From IMG/VR virus record IMGVR_UViG_3300017971_000212: DNA of 64,000 nt, one strand, 5' to 3'. The position numbers and the translations under genes are program-made. Source of the stretch: an uncultured virus (IMG/VR IMGVR_UViG_3300017971_000212) (lineage: Duplodnaviria; Heunggongvirae; Uroviricota; Caudoviricetes). Below, piece by piece: positions 55,579 to 64,000 of the stretch (positions are counted from its first letter, which is position 1; every line of letters begins with the position of its first letter). Under the pieces are notes generated by a model. It had not been told where the DNA came from, searched no databases, and worked only from the letters and a program-made list of their open reading frames with translations.

Positions 55579-58143
55579 GTGCCCTCGCTCATCCCCGACA
55601 ATTTCACGAAGGAGACGCCTCCCGAGCCGGTGCGTCAGCTCGCGGAGGCGTGGCTTCGCGCGAGGCTTCGGGGTGCCGAGCCCGACTTCCTCGACGTGGC
55701 GGACGGGGCGGTGATCGGCGTCTACCGGCTGCCCTGCGGCCTCGTCAGGCGGGCGAGCCACAGCTTCTCGCGGTGCATGGCGAAGGGCTGCCAGAAGCCG
55801 CCCGAGGTGGAGTGCCTCTGGGCCGAGGGTCGCGGCCGTGCCTGGCACTGTCAGAAGCACCACGACGCCTGGGTGAAGGAGGACGGTCCGGACGGGCGCG
55901 ACATCATCAAGCAGCAGAAGATTCCCGACGGCGTCGTGGGCGAGAAGTACGGCGAGTATCCGGCGAAGAAGACGGCCGGGGACGGCGACGAGTTCAAGAA
56001 GGGCGACAGGATCGTCTACGGCCCGCTCGTGCCGCCCGGCCCCAGGTACCTGCCGGGGATCGTCGTGAAACCGCAGGCCCCCTCGAGCCTCGACAACCCC
56101 GTGACGATCAGGGTGAAGGGAGAGGGCACGTTCGAGACCGACCCCGACAGCGTGACTCCGCTGTCCCGGTGGAAGCGAAACCCGGATCTCGGCAAGACGG
56201 CCAAGGCGACAGGCAAGAAGACCGGCGTCGGCGAGCACGTCGGGCTGTTCATCCCGCTTCCGAAGGATCTAGCCAAGAAGTTCCCGTCGCTCGGCGAGGA
56301 CGACCCGTCCCCGTCCCACGTGACCTTCCTCTACATCGGCGACTGCAAGGGCAAGCGCGACCAGAAGGTCCTGGTCGACACGCTCCGGGACGCCTGTCGG
56401 CGCTGGTGGCCCGGCGCCAAGGCCACGCTCGGGGGCCTCGAGTACTTCACCCACGAAGACAAGGATCGTCGCGTCCCCCACGTCTCCGTGGACTTCGACA
56501 AGGACCTGTCGGGTTTCAAGCACCGCATCAGGCAGGAGCTCGAGGAGAACGGCGTCGAAGTCGAGGACAGCTGGCCCGACTTCAAACCCCACGTGACGCT
56601 CGGATACCTACCGGGTACGGACTCCGAGTGGAAGGGCAAGGTTCCGAAGGGTTCCTGGAGTTTCGACGAGATGGAGGTCTGGGGTCTCCCGAAGGTCCAC
56701 AAGCTCAAGCTCGGTCCCTCCATCTACAAGATCTCCGACACGTGGCTCCGCGGGAGGTTGCACCGCTACGTTGCCGCGCGCTACCTCGTTCGCAAGATCG
56801 CCGGATGGTGGGCCATCAGGCCGGGCAGTCCGGGAATCAACTGCCCGCCCGTGGACAAGGGCGGCCTCATGAATGCCATCCCCGGCACGGACCCGCCGGA
56901 CGCCCGCTACAACGGGGACGGCCCGGCCGACATCATGGACGCCGCGCTCGCGGACGTCGACATGGAGTACCTGATGGAGTGGGGGCGCCCCGCGACCAAG
57001 CAGGAGCTCCAGGCGGTGTTCGACTTCTGCACTGGGGCCCTCCGCGAGGACGGTTCGAGGGACTACGGCAAGCACGAGCACGTGAATCAGTGGTTCGTCG
57101 AGTTCGCGGAATGGCTTGGCAAGAGGCCGAATGAGATCCGGTTCTTTCAGGGCGACAGCGACATCGTGGACGCCCTCCGGCAGAACTGGGACGGTACGGG
57201 CGAGTCCCTGGACGCCTACAAGAAGGAGATCCTGGACCTCGTCGACAAGACCAAGAAGTTCGAGGGCGGTCTCGAGGCCAAGGACCTGGCAGAGCGTCTG
57301 AAGGCCAGAACCCAGGTGATCCACGACGAGACCTTCCGGGGCGAGGACTGCCTGGAGGGGGGAGAAGATCCCGAGATCGTCATAAAGCGGGTAGCATCGA
57401 GGTACATGGCCTCGATCCCGCACGGCAAGAACGTCGCCCTGATGAAGTGGCTCTCGGACGTGACCAGGCGCCTGGGCGTCGCCCGGGACACCTACGTCGT
57501 CGGGGGTGCGGTCAGGAACTTCCTCATCGGTCGGCCCATCAAGGATCTCGACGTGGTGATCGACTCGGTTCGGGCCGGACGCGACTCCGCGTGGCTGGCG
57601 GCTCAGATCTCCCGGCACGTGCCCGCTCCGACGAACGTCACGACGAACCAGTACGGCGTCGCCATCCTGACGATCAAGGGGAGCTGGGTCCTCGACGGCG
57701 AGGACATGCGAGGCGAGGTGATCGAGATCGCCAACGCCCGCAAGGAGAGCTACGCGGAGGGACTCGGGAAGGGGCACAAACCCCATACGGTTGCCCCGGC
57801 CACCATCGAGGAGGACGTCAGGCGTCGAGACTTTACGATGAACGCGCTTCTCTGGCGTCTGATGGACCTGGCGCACGGGCCCGAGAAGGCCGAGGTGATC
57901 GACCTCACCGGCTGCGGCCGGCGCGACCTTGAGCAGGGGGTCCTGCGGTGCCCGCAGCCGCCCGACAAGGTGTTCTCTGACGATCCGACGAGGATGCTGC
58001 GTCTTGTTCGACTCGCCTCCAAGTACAATCTGAAAATCCCACCTGATGTGGCTGCCTCAGTACGCCGGAATGCAAGCAAACTGAAGAGAATGCCTTGGGA
58101 GGCGGTCGCGACGATCCTCATGCAGACACTGGAGGGCAGGTAA
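55579..58143 (+). CDS. polyprotein: Zn module, SH3-like module, 2H phosphoesterase, unknown domain, CCA/poly(A)-polymerase-type nucleotidyltransferase (N-terminal part)
   Basis: HVTF (56317) and HVTL (56590) 2H motifs; YVVGGAVRN..DLDVV, EIANARKESY, EDVRRRDFTMNAL and DDPTRMLR. Confidence 0.85.
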   Translation: MPSLIPDNFTKETPPEPVRQLAEAWLRARLRGAEPDFLDVADGAVIGVYRLPCGLVRRASHSFSRCMAKGCQKPPEVECLWAEGRGRAWHCQKHHDAWVKEDGPDGRDIIKQQKIPDGVVGEKYGEYPAKKTAGDGDEFKKGDRIVYGPLVPPGPRYLPGIVVKPQAPSSLDNPVTIRVKGEGTFETDPDSVTPLSRWKRNPDLGKTAKATGKKTGVGEHVGLFIPLPKDLAKKFPSLGEDDPSPSHVTFLYIGDCKGKRDQKVLVDTLRDACRRWWPGAKATLGGLEYFTHEDKDRRVPHVSVDFDKDLSGFKHRIRQELEENGVEVEDSWPDFKPHVTLGYLPGTDSEWKGKVPKGSWSFDEMEVWGLPKVHKLKLGPSIYKISDTWLRGRLHRYVAARYLVRKIAGWWAIRPGSPGINCPPVDKGGLMNAIPGTDPPDARYNGDGPADIMDAALADVDMEYLMEWGRPATKQELQAVFDFCTGALREDGSRDYGKHEHVNQWFVEFAEWLGKRPNEIRFFQGDSDIVDALRQNWDGTGESLDAYKKEILDLVDKTKKFEGGLEAKDLAERLKARTQVIHDETFRGEDCLEGGEDPEIVIKRVASRYMASIPHGKNVALMKWLSDVTRRLGVARDTYVVGGAVRNFLIGRPIKDLDVVIDSVRAGRDSAWLAAQISRHVPAPTNVTTNQYGVAILTIKGSWVLDGEDMRGEVIEIANARKESYAEGLGKGHKPHTVAPATIEEDVRRRDFTMNALLWRLMDLAHGPEKAEVIDLTGCGRRDLEQGVLRCPQPPDKVFSDDPTRMLRLVRLASKYNLKIPPDVAASVRRNASKLKRMPWEAVATILMQTLEGR

Positions 58144-58145
58144 TC

Positions 58146-58973
58146 GTGGCCGGAAGACCTTGGACGGAAGGAGAGGAGAGGCTTCTTCGCCACTTATGGA
58201 AGTCCGACCTCACGCGGGAGGAGGTCGCGGCACGGTTGCTAGGACGAACGCCGGTCGCCATACAGGTGAGGGCAAAGCGTCTTGGTCTTCGCCATACGGA
58301 TGAGCAGTTCCGCCGGATCCTTTCGAAGAAAAGCAAGGGGGAGAACAATGGGATGTTCGGACGTGAGGGGCCGCGCAGAGGTGTAGTGCTCACTGTTACC
58401 CAGCGAGATCTTCTCAGAAAGAAGGCGCTCAACTCCTACAAGAATGGGCGACCCAAGATGGTCGGTGCTCGAAACCCGATGTTTGGTAAGCCGGGCACGA
58501 TGCGCGGCAAGAAGTTGCCACCGTCGGCCAAGGCCACCCTCTCCGAGAAAGCCAAAGTCCGTTGGTGTCAGGCATCGGACGAGGAAAAGGCCAAGAAAGT
58601 CGCTCAGCTTCGTGAGGGTCGCGAGCGTCTCGGACGTGACAGCCCCTCATCGATCGAGGTGGCGATGAGGGAATGGTTGTCAGACTTGCAAACTGACTTT
58701 GAAGCACAGGTCGTGATTGGGTTCTACACCGTCGATTTCCTTGTATCGGAGAACAAGGTCATCGAGTGTCACGGCGACTATTGGCACGCGCACCCTGAGA
58801 AGTACGCGAGCGGCGACCTTGATGAGACGCAACGGCATAATGTTCACCGAGACCGCCGCAAGGCCACTTTTCTCCGAAATCGGGGTTATGGGCTGCTTGT
58901 GATGTGGGAGAGTGACATCAAGGAGCGTCCTTCGTGGTGCGTCTCGCAAGTGGAGGATTTTCTTCATGGGTGA
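58146..58973 (+). mobile_element. free-standing homing endonuclease gene (NUMOD3-like repeats plus Vsr/DUF559-like nuclease)
   Basis: GENNGMFG and GARNPMFGK; SSIE..VDF..IECHGDYWH..D..K..GY..WESDI; AT-richer codons; GTG 58146 after GGAGG. Confidence 0.85.
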
Positions 58974-59406
58974 TCCCAGGAAGGCTCTTCAGCAGATGAA
59001 GCAGCTCGGGCTGCTCGAGGTGGTCTCCGAGATGATCAGGTCGAGCAAGCCCTTCTCCGCCTACATGGCGAACCAGCTGCGGACGAACAGGAGGGTCCCC
59101 CTCCTCCTCGACCTCATGGACATGGGGGTCCCCGCGACCACGCCCCTCTCGTTCCTCGACCGCGCGGGACAGCAGCGCGTCCGCGAGGTCACGATGCCGA
59201 TGACAGAGCGCGAGGCCGCGGACTTCGTGAACCTCCTGATCAAGCCGCCCGTGGACAACAGGCGGATCATCGAGGAGCTCGGGCTCCCAGGTCCCGAGCG
59301 GCGCCTCATCCTGCCGATGGCGCGCGACCTGATCCTCAAGAACCCCCCTCTCGCGGCCGACGGGCGCAGGCTGACCGAGGAGGTCCTCCGAGCATGGCCG
59401 CGCTAG
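58966..59406 (+). CDS. C-terminal piece of the CCA-type nucleotidyltransferase
   Basis: PRKALQQMKQLGLLEVV is the helix expected next in the CCA-enzyme body; own GGAGG (58952) and ATG; same frame as 55579-58143. Confidence 0.65.
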   Translation: MGDPRKALQQMKQLGLLEVVSEMIRSSKPFSAYMANQLRTNRRVPLLLDLMDMGVPATTPLSFLDRAGQQRVREVTMPMTEREAADFVNLLIKPPVDNRRIIEELGLPGPERRLILPMARDLILKNPPLAADGRRLTEEVLRAWPR

Positions 59407-62400
59407 CACAGCTGGCCCTCCGCGTCGCCGCGAGGCACCTCGCAGCCGACGCCTACTTCGAGGTCGGCGAGGAGGTGCTGTACGGCAAGTTCAAGAACCG
59501 TCGCGGTCGGGTCGTCAGGATCTTCGACGACGAGCGCGGCGTCCCCTCCGTGGAGATTGAGCCGATCCCGAAGGGCCGCAGGCAGAACAGGATGGTGGGC
59601 CTCTACGGGATCTGGAAGCTGCCCGAGGCGCGGAAGACCGCAGCGATGGACCGCGAGGCCTGCATCATCGCGGGCCGCAAGTTCGGGGACGGCCTGTGCC
59701 TCATGAAGACCCGCGACCGGGCCTACGATCCGAAGCTCCAGGTGCTCCACGTCGAGCGGGACGGCACCGAGATGGCCGTGGTGTTCGACAAGACCACGGG
59801 CTACCTGGAGGGCGTCAACGAGCACGGCATCGGCATCGTCAACACGACGCTCATGGTCGTCCGGGACGAGCAGGAGGGCGTCAAGAAGACCAAGGGCGAC
59901 AAGCAGAAGGGGCCCAAGAGGTCCAAGGACGGTCCCAAGATCTTCAAGGCGCTCGAGGCCGAGACCCTCGACGACGCCATCCGCTCCCTCGTCTCCTTCC
60001 GCGGCGGCATCAAGGGTCACACGTTCGTGGCGGACGGCGAGCGCATGGTCTGCATCGAGCGCAGCGGCAGGCATCCGGCCAAGATCCACCGCCTCGACCC
60101 GACGCGCGTGAACACGCGCACCAACCACGGAGTCGCCTACCCCGACGCCGGCTACACCCACGGGGACGACTACGTGTCGTCCATCGTGCGGCGCTGGGAG
60201 GCCCAGAAGCGCCTCCAGAACGTGAACAATCCCGAGGTCGTGGCCCCGGCCCTGGTCCAGGCGATCCACGAGGCCGACAGCCCGTTCAACCCGGTCCGCT
60301 GCACCGACAAGATGCGGACCACGAGCCAGCTCACCATCGACACGACGAACCCGACGCTCTACCTGTACGTCATCCCCGGGCACGCCGACCTCTCCCCCCC
60401 GCGCAACGTCCTCCCCGACGGCCGACGCCCCAAGATCCCCGTGCGGACCTTCCGCTACCGGCAGAGGATGGAGGACCGCACGGAGCAGCCGGGCCGGAAG
60501 ACCGCGCGGGAGGTGCTCGCGCGCTACAAGTCGAAGAAGAAGGTCAGGTCCGAGGACGGCGACGAGACGACCGTCTACGAGTACTCCGAGCGCCAGGTCC
60601 AGCACCGCAACCGCGAGAAGGCCGAGCGCATCGAGAGGCTCCGTGGATCGATAGGCAAACTCCGCGCGCAGCTCGAGAAGGACATCAGATCCGACGACCC
60701 CAAGAAGCGCGACGTCGCGGCCGCCGTGGGCCTCATGGATCACACGTACGAGCGTCCCGGCAACGACGAGTCGGCGTCCGACGGCCACTATGGCGTGACC
60801 AACTGGAAGGTGCGGCACGTCAGGTTCGGCGACGGCCAGGCCAAGATCAGCTACGTCGGCAAGTCGGGCGTCAGGCAGCAGAAGTCCGTCACGGACCGAG
60901 ACCTCGTGAAGGCGCTCAGGGCCGCCTGCGCCGACAAGGGCGCCGAAGCGACCTGCCTGGACGTGAGCGCCGACGAGGTCAACGAGTACCTCAGGCCCTT
61001 CGGCGTCACGGCGAAGGACCTGCGAGGGCTGCACGCCAACGGGGAGATGAAGGACCGGCTCAGGCGCGTGCGCCGGGAGGGCGGCCCGCTGCCCGAGGAC
61101 CCGGAGAAGCGCGAGGAGAAGCTCAGGAAGGAGTTCGACAGGGCCCTGGACGAGGCCGCGGAGACGGTGGGCCACGAGCCTTCGACCCTCAAGAGCCAGT
61201 ACCTCGTGCCCGGCCTGGAGGAAGACTACAAGAGGGACGGCACCGTGAGCGAGAGCCACGCCAAGAAGGCGGCCGAGGCCGTGACCGACACGGCGTCCTT
61301 CTACGTGATCGCGCCCGAGGCGCTCAGGGGCATGCTCGACGACACCGACTGGCTCGAGCTCGCTCACGACCTATGGCCTGGAGAAGGGCGCCCGGGCGGC
61401 GACGCCGAGGTGCTCGTGCCCGAGATGGAACGCCAGGTCCGCGAGAGCGGTGGCGCCGTGCTCGACACCGGATGGGACGGCGGCTTCGACGTCGGCGTGA
61501 GGGGCAAGTACGACGAGCTGGGCCGGATCGAGCCCTTCGACCTGCCCGTTCGCGAGAAGGGCGCGGTGCCTCCCTACGGGTTGCGCAAGAGCGCGTCGCT
61601 GCTGCGCGTCGCCGCCGAGGAGGGGACCTCGGCCGAGCGCAGGATCCTCGCCAACGCCCTGGTGGCCCCCGTGCTCGTGGCCCGGACGCGCGAGTGGTGG
61701 CTCCGCGAGGCGCCCCACCTGTACCGGATTGCTCGCGATCACGAGAAGCCTCGACCTCGCATCGAGGGCCTCGAGTTTCCGTCCAATCTTTTCACGATCC
61801 TATGGTACGAAGACGCGGACGGGAACGACCTGGGAGACGGGGACCTTGAAGGAGAGCCGGGCGCGCCAGAAGGAGCACAGTACCAGCACAGCCAGTTCCC
61901 GCACGTCCTGCACCACAACGTCCTGCGCCTCAACGACGACGGAACCTCCACGGACCTCGGCGGCGGCGAGGCGTCCTACCCGGAAGACCTCGTGAACGCG
62001 ATGGTTCGCAGCGGGGACTGGGACGTGGGCGACGCGATCATGGTCGCCGCCCAGTCGTGCGAGCGGTGCCTGAACGTCCTGTGCCACCATTACGACCTGG
62101 ACGACGGCTACCCGTTCGGGTCCGAGGAGTACTGGAGCGCTGGCACCCGTTGTCCGATGTGCGAGAACGTGCATGCTCCCGCTCGCACGGCCGCGACGCC
62201 GAACTACGAGGCGTACGTCGAGCGCAAGAGGCGGGAGGGAGAACCCCCGCTCGACCGCGAGCGGTGGGAGCGCAGGGTCCTGGGCGTGCGCGACGAAGAG
62301 GGTCCGCGCGACTGGGACGCGCACCGCAGAGACGTGATGCGGCGTCACGAGCTGGACAAGCTGCACGCGCCCTACGATCCCGAGAACAAGCACCTGCGCA

Positions 62401-64000
62401 TCGACCTGATCAGCGTCCGAAGGGACGCGCGCGGAGAGGGTCACGCCCGACGGGCGATGGAGGAGATCCTCGGATGGGCGGACCGGGCCGGAGCGACCGT
62501 CACGCTGACGCCGACCTCCGAGTTCGGCGCGTCCAAGAAGCGCCTGACGCGGTGGTACGAGGGCATGGGGTTCGTCCCGAACAAGGGCAGGAACAAGGAT
62601 TTTCGGTTTCAGGACGCGATGATCCGCGCCCCCCAAGTCAAGACCGCCACGAAGTCCGACGCCGAGCTCGACGAAGAGGCGGTCGAGGAGATGCTCCGCG
62701 AGGAGCCCAAGAAGAAGCCGCCTCGCTACGATCTGCGGGACAACCGACCCTTGGAGGACGACGACGAGGAGGACCTCGAGGGCCTCGGCGGCGGGGACCG
62801 GGGCGACCGGGACCTGAGCCTCAAGTGGAACAAGGTCGGCAGGCGCGTGGCGTTTCGCTGGCTGGCGACTCCCGGAAGGCTCTCGGCGGTCAGGACCGCC
62901 ATGCGTCATCGGGCGAAGGTCACGCCCGACTCCGAGTTCCAGAAGGAGATCGCGGACAAGAAGTTCAGGCACCCGGAGACGGGCAACGAGGTCGCGTTCG
63001 GCTCCCTGCCGACCGAGGAACAGCACCGGATTTTCGAGGAGTGGAAGAAGAAGCACGCGCCGAAGGGGGAACCGGCCGAGGGCAAAGAGAAACCCAAGGA
63101 GGAGCCCGAGGGTCGGTCGCCCGAGGAGATCGACCAGGACATCTCCGAGGCCCGCGAGGCGGCCAAGAAGTTGAAGGGCGAGATCCGCGACCTGAAGGAG
63201 AAGATTGGCGACGCGAAGAAGGCCATCGAGGACTGGACCGAGCTCACGAAGGGAGAGGTCGGCGAGGAGATGAGGAAGAAGGGCGACGCCGTCATCAAGG
63301 AGATGAAGCGCATCGTCCTGGATGCCGAGGACGACATCGAGTACAAGACCCAGGACCTCAAGGACGCGCGCAGACGCGTCCAGGAGCTGAAGGAGGAGCG
63401 CGAGGACCCGACCGGAGCTAAGGCGAAGAAGGAGCAGGAGGAGAGGGAGCAGAAGGAGAAGCGGACGCGGCAGGCCGTCAAGGACACGGTCGCGGCGATG
63501 GAGAAGATGCTCGGCAGGGGGTCGAGGCTGCCGCAGGGGACGAGGCAGGAGATCGAGAGTGCGCTGGGCGACTTCGACTACCCCCAGCTCGAGGCGTTCG
63601 CGCTGGCGTTTCAGGGCGAGCTCAAGGACCTCAGCGGACAGGACCCGACGTCGCCCGACGTGATCTCCATGGCGAACCGGCAGGCGAAGATCGGCTTCGA
63701 CGTGGAGGGTGTCACGGATCCCGAGGAGCTGGCGAGGCGTGCCGCGGAGGTCGGCTACGTGACGAACGTGGTCGCCAACCCGATGGTCGTGGGAGGCAGG
63801 CCCGTCGGGCAGACGGAGATGGACGACGCGGCACGGTCGGCGCGGGCGAGGGAGGCGTTCGCCCAGTTCGAGAATCTCCACCCGAAGCTGCAGCGCATGG
63901 CGGCGGAGCGCATCCGCGAGGAGCTAAGGGGCCTCGACGAGGACACCGACCGCGCCGTGGAGCTCGAGTCGATCCTCAGCGCCGTCGACCTGGCGCACGT
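59394..64000 (+). CDS. polyprotein (partial, >1500 aa; not in ORF track): SH3-like module, Ntn hydrolase, topoisomerase IB, Zn finger, GNAT, HPxTGN module, coiled coil
   Basis: Read from ATG 59394 with no stop seen before the window end. CIIA..KTRDR..EGVNEHGIGIVN (59661); YERPGN, GKSG, TAKDLR and GHEPSTLKSQY (Tyr 61200); CERC..CPMC; ARGEGHARRAM..RLTRWYEGMGF. Confidence 0.85.
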   Translation, partial: MAALAQLALRVAARHLAADAYFEVGEEVLYGKFKNRRGRVVRIFDDERGVPSVEIEPIPKGRRQNRMVGLYGIWKLPEARKTAAMDREACIIAGRKFGDGLCLMKTRDRAYDPKLQVLHVERDGTEMAVVFDKTTGYLEGVNEHGIGIVNTTLMVVRDEQEGVKKTKGDKQKGPKRSKDGPKIFKALEAETLDDAIRSLVSFRGGIKGHTFVADGERMVCIERSGRHPAKIHRLDPTRVNTRTNHGVAYPDAGYTHGDDYVSSIVRRWEAQKRLQNVNNPEVVAPALVQAIHEADSPFNPVRCTDKMRTTSQLTIDTTNPTLYLYVIPGHADLSPPRNVLPDGRRPKIPVRTFRYRQRMEDRTEQPGRKTAREVLARYKSKKKVRSEDGDETTVYEYSERQVQHRNREKAERIERLRGSIGKLRAQLEKDIRSDDPKKRDVAAAVGLMDHTYERPGNDESASDGHYGVTNWKVRHVRFGDGQAKISYVGKSGVRQQKSVTDRDLVKALRAACADKGAEATCLDVSADEVNEYLRPFGVTAKDLRGLHANGEMKDRLRRVRREGGPLPEDPEKREEKLRKEFDRALDEAAETVGHEPSTLKSQYLVPGLEEDYKRDGTVSESHAKKAAEAVTDTASFYVIAPEALRGMLDDTDWLELAHDLWPGEGRPGGDAEVLVPEMERQVRESGGAVLDTGWDGGFDVGVRGKYDELGRIEPFDLPVREKGAVPPYGLRKSASLLRVAAEEGTSAERRILANALVAPVLVARTREWWLREAPHLYRIARDHEKPRPRIEGLEFPSNLFTILWYEDADGNDLGDGDLEGEPGAPEGAQYQHSQFPHVLHHNVLRLNDDGTSTDLGGGEASYPEDLVNAMVRSGDWDVGDAIMVAAQSCERCLNVLCHHYDLDDGYPFGSEEYWSAGTRCPMCENVHAPARTAATPNYEAYVERKRREGEPPLDRERWERRVLGVRDEEGPRDWDAHRRDVMRRHELDKLHAPYDPENKHLRIDLISVRRDARGEGHARRAMEEILGWADRAGATVTLTPTSEFGASKKRLTRWYEGMGFVPNKGRNKDFRFQDAMIRAPQVKTATKSDAELDEEAVEEMLREEPKKKPPRYDLRDNRPLEDDDEEDLEGLGGGDRGDRDLSLKWNKVGRRVAFRWLATPGRLSAVRTAMRHRAKVTPDSEFQKEIADKKFRHPETGNEVAFGSLPTEEQHRIFEEWKKKHAPKGEPAEGKEKPKEEPEGRSPEEIDQDISEAREAAKKLKGEIRDLKEKIGDAKKAIEDWTELTKGEVGEEMRKKGDAVIKEMKRIVLDAEDDIEYKTQDLKDARRRVQELKEEREDPTGAKAKKEQEEREQKEKRTRQAVKDTVAAMEKMLGRGSRLPQGTRQEIESALGDFDYPQLEAFALAFQGELKDLSGQDPTSPDVISMANRQAKIGFDVEGVTDPEELARRAAEVGYVTNVVANPMVVGGRPVGQTEMDDAARSARAREAFAQFENLHPKLQRMAAERIREELRGLDEDTDRAVELESILSAVDLAH

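Noticed and set aside
58144..58965. Group I intron or intein around the endonuclease
   Set aside because: Essentially no non-coding flank, no recognisable P/Q/R/S core, an in-frame stop, and no Cys...His-Asn splice motifs.
59403..63881. Long ORFs in the track (59403-61367 -, 59696-61849 +, 61800-63881 -, 62057-63421 +)
   Set aside because: These are shadow frames of the real gene starting at 59394, caused by high GC3.
1..64000. Bacterial chromosome (recA, dnaX, dnaN, nusG, holA present)
   Set aside because: These genes are divergent, lack their usual bacterial neighbours, and are interleaved with terminase, portal and unknown phage-type genes; there are no ribosomal or metabolic operons.

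Overview
This is a GC-rich, gene-dense 64 kb segment of a large (probably jumbo) tailed dsDNA phage, coded almost entirely on the + strand. 1-12 kb holds late or virion-type genes built from recurring short modules, plus two divergent sigma-factor-like genes. 12.6-13.3 kb is ORF-free; it has its own sigma70-type promoter and folds into a multi-helix RNA. 14-40 kb is a replication, recombination and nucleotide cluster: Pol III delta', delta, beta and gamma/tau homologues, class II RNR, RecD2 with an intein, SSB-like protein, RuvC, RecA, a two-gene SbcC, SbcD, a PD-(D/E)XK nuclease, primase, an intein-containing nucleotidyltransferase, a NusG paralog and a sigma4-only protein. 40-64 kb is a late cluster: lipoprotein, tail or appendage proteins, Dps-like ferritin, terminase, an intein-containing portal, and two multi-enzyme polyproteins. 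The first polyprotein joins a 2H phosphoesterase to a CCA-type nucleotidyltransferase that is split by a free-standing homing endonuclease. The second is absent from the supplied ORF track and runs off the window end; it contains an Ntn hydrolase, topoisomerase IB, a Zn finger and a GNAT. Main candidates for novelty: (i) an apparent virion-cargo grammar of [KR]-x-A junctions, recurrent helical tags and a reused HPxTGN domain; (ii) the unassigned ~480-nt structured RNA; (iii) the gene-in-pieces nucleotidyltransferase; (iv) three promoter classes alongside three sigma-like proteins. All calls come from reading motifs by eye; no database search or folding program was run.
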